Shown here: positions 55,884-64,000 of the stretch, piece by piece
Layout of the letters: every line of letters starts with the position of its first letter
How positions within the stretch are numbered: position 1 is the first letter of the stretch
Virus record (IMG/VR): IMGVR_UViG_3300049893_000724
Location: 120,460-184,459 of that record
Length of the DNA stretch: 64,000 nucleotides
From: a virus
Direction: 5' to 3' (one strand)
The notes under the pieces: generated by a model
What the model was told of the DNA's origin: nothing
Database searches by the model: none
The model's input: only the letters and a program-made list of their open reading frames with translations
Program-made: the position numbers and the translations under genes

Positions 55884-56203
55884 CAGTCTCTTGTCCTCCA
55901 GTCTTCTGGACGTTCTTCAGTCCACCAGTCTACCATATCATCAGTGCTTTCAAAACTTCTTTTACCAAATCTTTCGTGACCTGTACCACCAATATCAAGT
56001 TGATTCAAAAAATCATCCATATCTCCCTCCTTCATATTGGGATTTTCAGCTGTTCTTCTTGCCTGCCGCAACATTGTTCCAGCAGTTCGATTTACTTTTG
56101 CAAGTTTCTCCGCCCAGATCATATCTTCAAGACTTACCTCTTCGTGAAGTGCAATCTTTTCGCAAATTGCTTCCAAACGAAGACGATATTGTGTAGAGAG
56201 CAT
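55883..56203 (-). CDS. Hypothetical protein
   Basis: MLSTQYRLRLEAIC...; ATAAATA at 56225-56231 upstream. Confidence 0.75.
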   Translation of the reverse strand: MLSTQYRLRLEAICEKIALHEEVSLEDMIWAEKLAKVNRTAGTMLRQARRTAENPNMKEGDMDDFLNQLDIGGTGHERFGKRSFESTDDMVDWWTEERPEDWRTRD

Positions 56204-56223
56204 ATGTATTATTCGGATAATGA

Positions 56224-56463
56224 TTATTTATTTTTAGATTCTAACTCCTTCATCAACTCTTTCGCAAGTTGATTTGAGCGTCTCCACATAGAGTAACGTG
56301 CCCAGGGTGTTTGTGGATTATTCACCAACCACCAACGGAAAATTACAACCTTGTTTTTTACAATTCTTGTAATATAATAAAATGCCTTTGCCACACTCTC
56401 ATCAGTTACGATAAGATATGCGGCACAGGCAAAGATTACAAGATAGACATATTGAGCAGTCAT
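56224..56463 (-). CDS. Small membrane protein
   Basis: N-terminal hydrophobic helix. Confidence 0.7.
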   Translation of the reverse strand: MTAQYVYLVIFACAAYLIVTDESVAKAFYYITRIVKNKVVIFRWWLVNNPQTPWARYSMWRRSNQLAKELMKELESKNK

Positions 56464-56811
56464 CTTCTCAGTGTTTTCAAATATTCTAACACATTTTCAC
56501 GAACTGCCATCAATTCATTATAGCACTTTTGATTATGAGCACACTGTCTCAGTTCGTGATCTGGTTTATGTACACTTTCAATAAACAGATCCAGTCCTCG
56601 GTTCCATTTAATGTCGGGTGCTTCATCCATCTTTTTTAACTTTCACAGGACAAGTAGGAATAGTTTCACGAATGGTTTCAATTAATTCAGTTTTTAAGTA
56701 TTCGGGTAAAGCACCGTTAGATTTAATCTTGTGAATTAAACTTAATGCTTGACTACAAGTAATCGTAGTCGTGAGAAACAGAGCAACCATTGGCTCTCTC
56801 CTATTCTATCT

Positions 56812-56997
56812 CTATTTAATCAAGTCGTGACGAAGACATACCAACTTACCAATCAGAACACCATAGTAAAGAAGTCTAGCACGATCATTTTTGTGTTTAT
56901 GACTTTCCTCTTTGGTAATACGGATCAGCTCATTAATATCTTTGAGACTTAACTCAGTCTCATGAATGTTGTGTTCAGTTACTTCCATCAATCCCAA
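56812..56997 (-). CDS. Hypothetical protein
   Basis: ORF track. Confidence 0.65.
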   Translation of the reverse strand: MGLMEVTEHNIHETELSLKDINELIRITKEESHKHKNDRARLLYYGVLIGKLVCLRHDLIK

Positions 56998-57374
56998 CTT
57001 ACGTTTTGTAGAAGAAATCCAGGCATCACATAAGTCCAGGCACCCAGGCCATCAACTCCACCAACTTTATACTCATACTTGTAAGCAAACTTGTTATGAC
57101 TATCATAAGTCATAAATCCTTTTTCTTTATCAAAGTATGATTTGATGGTGAGTTTAAACCGATTGGAAAATACAGCACGAGTTCGCAGTGCTCCACCAGT
57201 CTCACGGGTTTCAATTACAATACAAGTATCCATTTGAAACTCTTTTGGTGTTTCAAGAGCACAGGGAGTTTCATATCGGAATGGGCGATACTCTTTCTTC
57301 TTGGCAACAGTTTCAGTCTGTGCAAATGAAGGAGTAGCAAACAGAAGAGCAGTCAGCAGCAGAAGTTTTTTCAT
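56988..57374 (-). CDS. Secreted protein
   Basis: MKKLLLLTALLFATPSFA signal peptide. Confidence 0.75.
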   Translation of the reverse strand: MKKLLLLTALLFATPSFAQTETVAKKKEYRPFRYETPCALETPKEFQMDTCIVIETRETGGALRTRAVFSNRFKLTIKSYFDKEKGFMTYDSHNKFAYKYEYKVGGVDGLGAWTYVMPGFLLQNVSWD

Positions 57375-57571
57375 TTGATAATCTCCCAGTGAGCATCGTT
57401 TTCTTTATTCAACCAAAAGCAGTATCTACGATTGATGGATACTACAAACAACTGGGTATCAGTCTCTTGCTCCACTTCCATAGCGTGAAGTTTATCCATT
57501 ACATTGCAAAATCTATTGCGGGCTTTCGAACTTTTAGGATTGATGTTGATGAGATGTTTTTTGGTCTTCAT
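57371..57571 (-). CDS. Hypothetical protein
   Basis: PKSSKARNRF.N.M motif. Confidence 0.75.
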   Translation of the reverse strand: MKTKKHLININPKSSKARNRFCNVMDKLHAMEVEQETDTQLFVVSINRRYCFWLNKENDAHWEIIK

Positions 57572-57607
57572 CTGTTTGATTGAATTACAAGTATTTTATC
57601 AGATAAA

Positions 57608-57637
57608 AGGGGTCAGTGGTGACCCCTATGTGACAGT
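57608..57637 (-). terminator. Stem-loop preceded by ACTGTCAC (terminator/promoter element)
   Basis: AGGGGTCA-CCAC-TGACCCCT then TTT. Confidence 0.65.
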
Positions 57638-57647
57638 CTCTAAATCA

Positions 57648-58844
57648 TCACTGACAATAACCACGAATGTAGTTTTCAATTTCTTCCCGACTTACACCAG
57701 TTTTGATGGTGGGATTTGCCAGTTTGTAAATTGCCTCCACAAAATTCTTATTTCGCAGGTTGAAGAAAGAATCCGAAACTTGTCCACTTGCAATCAGACT
57801 GTTGTTGACGTGACTTGCAGTTTTCACAAGATGCTGCCAAGGCTTTTTGTCAGTTGAAGTCGATCCAAGATACCGTTTCAGAGGGTATAGTGAGAAATAG
57901 GTTTCAATGTGTTCAGAGATATCAAAGTTGATACCAAGACCTCCCATTGCATCATCCAACATCGGATGCAAACGCTTCTCAAAGTTGTAAAGAGCACGTA
58001 GCAAATATGCAGAGAGTTCCTTGTTAGGTTTCTCTTTGTCCCAATCAACAGCATTGCACAAAGTCTGCACAATGTTCTGGAGAGTATCAAGTTCTCCGTC
58101 ATTGATTGCATATTGGATCAGTTTTTCCATCTGTGCAACTTTTGTGCAACTAAAGTGAGGGTTAGAAACCAGAGGGAAGGGGAAATCAACAGGTTGCCAG
58201 GTGAATCCAGGAATACACTTGTAGAAGTTCATAGTGTTGATTGCTGGAACATCCCCACAACAAACACGGTGATACAGTGCTTCCCAATCTTTTGTAGAGT
58301 TAATGCCCTTGATCTCTTTGTAAAAGAGCTTTGATGCCTCCAGAGCCCGATCAGATTCAGACACAGCAGAATCAAATGCAACTACGCGCACGAACAACTC
58401 AAGGTCTTCATTTTTTACAAGAGAAAGAGCTGCAATTTGTGCGGTAGTATGTTGCTTTTTGACAAGATCAAAGCGACCAGTTGTTTCATTATAGAAGACA
58501 ACAGGAGTTTCGGACTCACAGAAATCAATCGTGTGATTAAACAACTCAAAATTTTCAATACAGTACTCGGGACGCACAATGCGAACAGAACCCTGCTTGT
58601 AATACAGACTGGATATGGGAAGTTTTACAGTGTAAGTTGCCTTACGATCTGTTTGCTTGTTGTAGTATTCATAAAACTCATTTACATTCATAAAGCAATT
58701 CCCAAATCCAATGGGATACTTTATATGTGCGGTGTCAAGATTATCTTGAATTACGGAGCGAAGGCCGCGAAAACGAGGTTCAGAAACTAGATCTAGAGCA
58801 GAAATCGAATCAATTTGTTTGATTAGTTCAAGAGTGTTGGTCAT
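57648..58844 (-). CDS. Hypothetical protein, possible degenerate ParB/Srx-like N-terminal domain
   Basis: PISSLY...VRIV...PVVFY...LVKKQHT; own promoter. Confidence 0.55.
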   Translation of the reverse strand: MTNTLELIKQIDSISALDLVSEPRFRGLRSVIQDNLDTAHIKYPIGFGNCFMNVNEFYEYYNKQTDRKATYTVKLPISSLYYKQGSVRIVRPEYCIENFELFNHTIDFCESETPVVFYNETTGRFDLVKKQHTTAQIAALSLVKNEDLELFVRVVAFDSAVSESDRALEASKLFYKEIKGINSTKDWEALYHRVCCGDVPAINTMNFYKCIPGFTWQPVDFPFPLVSNPHFSCTKVAQMEKLIQYAINDGELDTLQNIVQTLCNAVDWDKEKPNKELSAYLLRALYNFEKRLHPMLDDAMGGLGINFDISEHIETYFSLYPLKRYLGSTSTDKKPWQHLVKTASHVNNSLIASGQVSDSFFNLRNKNFVEAIYKLANPTIKTGVSREEIENYIRGYCQ

Positions 58845-58902
58845 TGAAAGTAAAATACAAGTAAAGGACAAAACCTTTTTACGAGGGCTAACTCAAGTGT
58901 CC

Positions 58903-58931
58903 ACAATAACAGATTGGAGAACCGTTGTCAA
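58903..58931 (-). promoter_or_regulatory. Sigma70-type promoter
   Basis: TTGACA-17-TATTGT. Confidence 0.7.
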
Positions 58932-58988
58932 GTGTGGCAGTGGAAATTTGTGATTCCCACATTACTAGGACATTTTAAAGGGCCCTAT

Positions 58989-59483
58989 TCAAAAAGTCAA
59001 GGTCTCATCTGTTATCAATCTCTCACCAAGAACCCTAACCATTAAATCAAGTGAAATCTGTTGTGGTCTTTGCTTCCACCCGTACCATTTGCTTTTCTTC
59101 CCATTCTCGTGTGGTGGAAATTTATTTACAGAATGATACTGCCCCTCTGTGATATCATAAATTTTAGTTCCATTCTGCAACCACCAGTGTTTTTCTCCAC
59201 GATAATCTTCTGCACTCATTGGAACTAATTCATTCGTATCCATAAGATAAAATAATGCTTGACTTGAATGATAGCAATGACCATAAAGAGGATTAGTCTT
59301 CATATCCTCTGGGTACATTAATTTCTTTCTACCTTTCAATAAATCTGGAGTTAAGTTCTGGCGAACCAACTCCATTACCAAAGTTATGTTATTTTCTGTG
59401 TATTCATATGGCTCAAAGACTAACCGACGTGTTTCAAAGATTGTATTGTCTTCATATCGGTGTCTCTCTATAGTCTTGGCCAT
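58989..59483 (-). CDS. Protein with putative Cys-His-Asp triad (YunG/transglutaminase-like)
   Basis: GHCYHSS, HWWL, YDIT. Confidence 0.55.
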   Translation of the reverse strand: MAKTIERHRYEDNTIFETRRLVFEPYEYTENNITLVMELVRQNLTPDLLKGRKKLMYPEDMKTNPLYGHCYHSSQALFYLMDTNELVPMSAEDYRGEKHWWLQNGTKIYDITEGQYHSVNKFPPHENGKKSKWYGWKQRPQQISLDLMVRVLGERLITDETLTF

Positions 59484-59507
59484 ATTCTCATCAACCCTAG
59501 CAAAGGT

Positions 59508-59536
59508 ATTCTAATGATTTATCGGGGTTGTGTCAA
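59508..59536 (-). promoter_or_regulatory. Sigma70-type promoter overlapping the HNH stop
   Basis: TTGACA-17-TAGAAT. Confidence 0.75.
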
Positions 59537-60279
59537 GACCTCTTTATCATACCTCTTACCCACCCTTCTCCAGGACATTCATTGTGCATCTTATTAGAGT
59601 GTCCATCATTCCAATAAAATCCTCTTCCTTTTACCCATCCTTCTCCAGGACATTCTTTACAATGACGGTTTTGCTCTCCATTGTTCCACCAAATACATTC
59701 CTTCTTTTTTTCTATTGTTTCTTTACTTCTTTTACATTTTCTTCCAGTTGCTTTTATTTTCATTTTTTTTATCGTTTCTTGAGAATATGATCTACCAACA
59801 TTTATTCCAGGTCTTCCTCTTTTCCATTCAGGTCCAGGACACATCTCGCAAAACTTTGTTTCTTTCCCATTATTCCACCACTTTGATTTTTTACGATGTT
59901 CTACCATCTTTTTTCTTGTTTCTTCTGGAAAGATAATTTCGGTTATTCTTAATCTTGCTGATTCATAAAGACGTGAATTATAATATCTTTTTTCAATATT
60001 TTTATTTTTACCGATCATAGATACGTGTGCCCATATCATTTTATATGTTTTTTGATCTTTTAATCCATATCTTCTAATAAAGGCTTTTTCTAATAGAGCG
60101 TGAGCAATGTAATGTTCTCTTGAAGTTAAAAATACAATTCTTTTATTTTTACCGTAAATGCTTACTGGAAATGTATGATGACCTTCTACATACAGTCCTT
60201 GTTTTTTTGCTTTCTTTTTAGTGTAACCTCTTTTCTCTGCTTTTCTTATGAGGTTACAATAAGTCCTTAAGTAGTTCAT
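59533..60279 (-). mobile_element. Free-standing HNH homing endonuclease with NUMOD-like DNA-binding repeats
   Basis: EGHHTFP...LTSREHYIAHALL; repeated WWNNG...C..CPG.GW..GR; ATG at 60279 (track start GTG 60285). Confidence 0.85.
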
Positions 60280-60304
60280 CGGCACTTAACTTGATTGGCA
60301 TTAA

Positions 60305-60340
60305 TATTTATAAAAAAATAGGAGTGGATTGACCCACTCC
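60305..60340 (-). promoter_or_regulatory. Terminator-like hairpin followed by late promoter TATAAATA
   Basis: GGAGTGG-GTCAAT-CCACTCC-TATTTTTT-TATAAATA upstream of the HNH. Confidence 0.7.
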
Positions 60341-60378
60341 AACCTGAAAAGACGCCAATCAAGTTCAGGCATCAATAT

Positions 60379-60807
60379 TTATGATGTTTGACCAGTCTCT
60401 GTAAGGTAATCTTCGTAAAGAATTTCTTCAAGATAATGTGCTTCTACTTCGTGTGGATACTCCCAGTAATCCAAATCTTCAAAGGTTTTATCATTACAAA
60501 GCATTTTACCTCTGCGTTCTTTAAGAAGACCTTTAACCCATTGCCGAATATGTACGCACTCGTGAATTAAAGTTTTTGTATAAAGTTCCAAATCAAGTTT
60601 TGGATCAATTTCAATCAGAAATTCACGAGGACGATAGATATCACCAGCAACAGAACAATATCCATAAGATTGCTCCCTACGAAGACCTCTGTGGTGGACT
60701 TCTACGGTGATATGATGTCTGGGTAAGTACTTGGACAGAAACCACTCTACAACACTGCTACAGCGTCTCCTACGGGCATTATAACCAGTAATATCAAGGT
60801 ATAGCAT
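60379..60807 (-). CDS. Zinc metallopeptidase (HExxH, SprT-like)
   Basis: TLIHECVHIRQ...PHEVEA. Confidence 0.8.
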   Translation of the reverse strand: MLYLDITGYNARRRRCSSVVEWFLSKYLPRHHITVEVHHRGLRREQSYGYCSVAGDIYRPREFLIEIDPKLDLELYTKTLIHECVHIRQWVKGLLKERRGKMLCNDKTFEDLDYWEYPHEVEAHYLEEILYEDYLTETGQTS

Positions 60808-60911
60808 TACAGTAGTGCCTTGAGTGCAACTTCAGTCACTTTAACGCCCCAATGGATGAACCAGATGAACGATGTGACAAAAAGTAATCTGTCTGTGGAG
60901 GAAAACCGCAT
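60807..60911 (-). CDS. 34-aa hydrophobic peptide (not in ORF track)
   Basis: MRFSSTDRLLFVTSFIWFIHWGVKVTEVALKALL; TAATG overlap. Confidence 0.6.
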   Translation of the reverse strand: MRFSSTDRLLFVTSFIWFIHWGVKVTEVALKALL

Positions 60912-60932
60912 CGGTTTCGTGTGTCTCCATAC

Positions 60933-60990
60933 ATTATAAAACCTGCCAGGATCGTTCTGGCAGGTGGGTGTGACAGTTTTTAAAGTGTCC
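60933..60990 (-). promoter_or_regulatory. Early promoter element with stem-loop
   Basis: GGACACTTT..AACTGTCAC + ACCTGCCAG/CTGGCAGGT stem + TATAAT. Confidence 0.7.
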
Positions 60991-63900
60991 TATCGGGCGT
61001 TTGCTTGTGCTCCGTAAAGATTGAATGATGGCGATTCCGCGAAGGCAGCGTAGATGTAAGTTTGGTTGCTGAGATTTTTGGCACTACCCGTTGTTCTTAT
61101 TTTGAACCCATTAGACAGAATATCTATATTTGGAGTGCCGATATTTGCTGAATCTTCGGCATCGCTGAGGTTAGCGCAAAGAGTGCGACTTAATGAGTTG
61201 TATTCGCTTCTTGTCGAGTCATTAATATCCCAAAATGTGTATCCATTGTTGGTGCTTGAACACTTAAACATTATCCATCTAGGTCTAAACCCGGTTATCA
61301 CCACCGGACCGTCGCTGCTTCCATTTCCGGTGTAGGAGCCAAATTTACTGAATCCGGGGATTTCTGCCCATAGGTAAGCTACATAATTATAACCAGAACG
61401 GTTGCAGTTTTCATTGCTACCTGAAGAATTGGTCTTCAAGGTGAATACAGTTGAACTGGTTCCTTTGACAACTCCGCTTCCCCAAGCAGTTTGTGCATCT
61501 GCAAGGTTCAAAACAAGGTTTTTGTTTGAATCGAGAGCGGGGTGATCAACCATCCAGTAGTCCGTGTATCCCCTACTTTTAACAATAATAAATGATGGAG
61601 TTTTTGTAAGTCCGTGAGAAATTGTGCTGTCGTTTACATTGTTTCCAGTATAAGTTATAATACTAAATCCTTGTTTAGTTCCAACAGAAGCACCAGTAGG
61701 AGTAATGGTTCCAGCAGTTAGTCCAGCAGCAGATGCCGTTGCATAACCAACATCATTAATATTAAAAGTACTTGAGTTTCCACCTGCTTTCCACGCCCAA
61801 CTGACGATTGGGTAGGTATCGCCGTTTGTGTCACTATCGGTGCCAACAGAAAATCCATTGGAGTTAAAAGAAGTCAATGCTTGAGCAACGGTGACTTCTG
61901 CATCAGTACCATCTGTAATTAGGCGTTTTGTTGCGCCACGCACCGTGTCAAACAAGCAATGGTTAGAAGATACTGTTCGCCGTTTAATCCATACAAAATC
62001 CGGTTTGAACCCGACATTTATACTCCTCGCTGCACCATTACCCGTATAAGTCGTCACCCCTACATACTGGTCCGGACGAACGATAGTAGGTCTTGGAGTA
62101 TTTGCAAGTGTTAATGGTTGGAATCCTGCTGGTGGTGGGAACTTGAAGGGTTTTTGACCGAAGTTTATCGTACCTTGAGCAGCAGTTGATTGTCCACCAT
62201 CTCCAATTGATGGTGAAAAATATCCAGAGAGACCACTATAAGCAACTCCTTGACTAATTCCATTTTTGTAAAAAGTCACAGTTCCGGCATCCATATCCAA
62301 TGCTACACTTATTGTATCTTTAGTTGTCCAAGTGGACCCATATGCTGAAATACTATTATTATTATATTTGTATGCGATTGCAAGATAATAATAACCACCC
62401 GATGTAGTTCCTGGAGTTGGACTTAAATTGTCAGTATCTTTAGAAATACCAACATTTAAAGCTCCAGTTCCAGTATCATCAATTACTTCCCAATACCATT
62501 TTCCAGAATTAACGTATATTGTTGATGCACATGCACTATCTTGTGTAGTTGTTGATGACCAAGTTAAATTGCCATTACTTAATGTTCCGTCTGGATTTGC
62601 AAGAGGATTCAAAGTACACCAACCACTCTGCTTTCCTCTTTGTGTATTAATATTCACAGTAAAAGGATTGAAGTTTGATGCAGTGGCATTACCATTTGCA
62701 GTAATAGTTCCTGGTGTTACATCTGCTGCTGTTGCTGATGAGTTTGATTTACAGCACAGAAGTTTTGTATTTGCTACTGAACTTATAGGTGCTGATGGTG
62801 GTGTGAAGTTTGATGTGTAGAGTGCGGTTCCTTTGACTACGTGAAGGTTACTGATGAAACCACCCAAAGCACTACCATTACTTGGATTATAAACCCCAAC
62901 ATATGAAGGGTACGATGCACTGCCACCAAATGTATTTGCATTTGTTGCAGAACTTCTCAATATTCCATTGACGAACATATAAACTGTGCTTCCACTTCTT
63001 GTAACTGCAATATGATTCCAACCACCCGGTAAACTTGCAGTTACAACATCTCCACCATTATAATACCAACTTATAAATGATGATGCAGTATTATAGTAAA
63101 GTTGAGTTTCTGTACCACCTTTATTAAATGTTATTGGTGATGGATAATATGGTGATGTATATGGAAAAGATGCATTTATGTATAGTTCAACAGTAAAATC
63201 GCCAGACAAAGAATAATCATTAGAAGAACCGATATTCAGGTAGTCGGTATTTGCACCAAAAGCAACAGCACCATCAGTAATCTGTGTTAGATTAGAACTA
63301 TAAGAAACCCCAGAGGGACTATCAGGAACTATATCTGGGTCTGTGGATGCTGGTATGAAGTTACTGGTGTATTTTGCGAGACCACTATACGCTCTAAAAT
63401 CTTGTATGTATCCATTAAAGTAAAGGTTATTATCGCCACCTTGTCGTCCAAGAGAAAGTTCTCCGTGTGTTATTGAACCACTTGTAACGGAACTTAAAAG
63501 AATACCATCTTTATAGATATCAAAAGTTCCTCCTGCACTTCTAACGCAGGCAAAATGATACCAAGTTCCAGTTGTTAATGCGACGGTAATATTTGTATTT
63601 ACATTCCAACTTCCACTAGCAGTTCCGCCCAAGAAATTAAGAGTTGATGAATTTGAAAAATAGAATGCAATTCCACCTCTACTGCTTGTGGAAGTCATTA
63701 CAGGAAGACTGTTAAATGCATTAAAATTAATCCAAAATTCAACAGTAAAAGTTGATGCGTTAATTGATAAACCACTAGTATTCAAATAAGAACTTGAACC
63801 ATTGAAACTTCCAGAAGCACTATAAAAGTTTCCATAAGAAGAACTATAAGTTATATTACTATCTGTAACTGCTTTATTACTCGTCCCACCATTAATAGCA

Positions 63901-63998
63901 TTACTAAAATCACTCTTAATACCAACAAGAGGTAGTGCTAATACTAAACTACTTGCATTACTATCAGTTCTTACACCAACTCTTGCGACTTTACCACC
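60990..63998 (-). CDS. Tail fibre / receptor-binding type protein with LamG and SPRY domains (starts beyond the right edge)
   Basis: Two LamG-like units (FTVEFW...WYHFA...GYIQDFR), SPRY (SGKWYWEV...ALDMDAG), C-terminal YTGNG modules; frame is open from 63785 to the window end. Confidence 0.85.
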   Translation of the reverse strand, partial: GGKVARVGVRTDSNASSLVLALPLVGIKSDFSNAINGGTSNKAVTDSNITYSSSYGNFYSASGSFNGSSSYLNTSGLSINASTFTVEFWINFNAFNSLPVMTSTSSRGGIAFYFSNSSTLNFLGGTASGSWNVNTNITVALTTGTWYHFACVRSAGGTFDIYKDGILLSSVTSGSITHGELSLGRQGGDNNLYFNGYIQDFRAYSGLAKYTSNFIPASTDPDIVPDSPSGVSYSSNLTQITDGAVAFGANTDYLNIGSSNDYSLSGDFTVELYINASFPYTSPYYPSPITFNKGGTETQLYYNTASSFISWYYNGGDVVTASLPGGWNHIAVTRSGSTVYMFVNGILRSSATNANTFGGSASYPSYVGVYNPSNGSALGGFISNLHVVKGTALYTSNFTPPSAPISSVANTKLLCCKSNSSATAADVTPGTITANGNATASNFNPFTVNINTQRGKQSGWCTLNPLANPDGTLSNGNLTWSSTTTQDSACASTIYVNSGKWYWEVIDDTGTGALNVGISKDTDNLSPTPGTTSGGYYYLAIAYKYNNNSISAYGSTWTTKDTISVALDMDAGTVTFYKNGISQGVAYSGLSGYFSPSIGDGGQSTAAQGTINFGQKPFKFPPPAGFQPLTLANTPRPTIVRPDQYVGVTTYTGNGAARSINVGFKPDFVWIKRRTVSSNHCLFDTVRGATKRLITDGTDAEVTVAQALTSFNSNGFSVGTDSDTNGDTYPIVSWAWKAGGNSSTFNINDVGYATASAAGLTAGTITPTGASVGTKQGFSIITYTGNNVNDSTISHGLTKTPSFIIVKSRGYTDYWMVDHPALDSNKNLVLNLADAQTAWGSGVVKGTSSTVFTLKTNSSGSNENCNRSGYNYVAYLWAEIPGFSKFGSYTGNGSSDGPVVITGFRPRWIMFKCSSTNNGYTFWDINDSTRSEYNSLSRTLCANLSDAEDSANIGTPNIDILSNGFKIRTTGSAKNLSNQTYIYAAFAESPSFNLYGAQANAR

Positions 63999-64000
63999 AC

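Noticed and set aside
59533-60285. HNH as part of a group I intron
   Set aside because: Flanking genes are complete separate ORFs with their own starts and stops; no split host gene
1-64000. tRNA, rRNA, photosynthesis genes (psbA, hli), reverse transcriptase/DGR
   Set aside because: No cloverleaf or conserved motifs recognised by eye; tRNAscan-SE and Infernal would be needed to exclude small RNAs fully

Overview
A 64-kb segment of a T4-like myovirus genome, very probably a cyanomyophage. All genes I can support lie on the minus strand. 1-32 kb is the late virion module: gp18 (truncated), gp17, gp16, gp15, gp14, gp13, a 2484-aa DUF4815/VrlC-like protein, gp8, a 3996-aa gp7-like protein, gp6 and gp25, with ATAAATA-type late promoters. 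About 34.5-61 kb is an early/accessory region of many small ORFs, and a LamG/SPRY tail-fibre-type gene runs off the right end. Main observations: (1) eleven copies of a 19-bp palindrome-containing element (ACACTTTAAGTGGCTCAGT) divide 35.6-48.3 kb into promoter-headed gene cassettes whose last stop codons often lie in or against the next copy; (2) one cassette holds exactly a PvuII-like endonuclease plus an NPPF methyltransferase, with a duplicated junction suggesting recombinational insertion; (3) a 59-aa NblA-like ORF missed by the ORF track lies just upstream of gp13; (4) three basic proteins begin with T4 capsid-targeting-like sequences (MKTFxxF..E), two with their own late promoters inside the early region; (5) a free-standing HNH gene sits behind a terminator, a late promoter and a 12-bp inverted repeat. 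No tRNA, rRNA or CRISPR array was found. Family assignments come from motifs read by eye and reference sequences recalled from memory; no database search was run.
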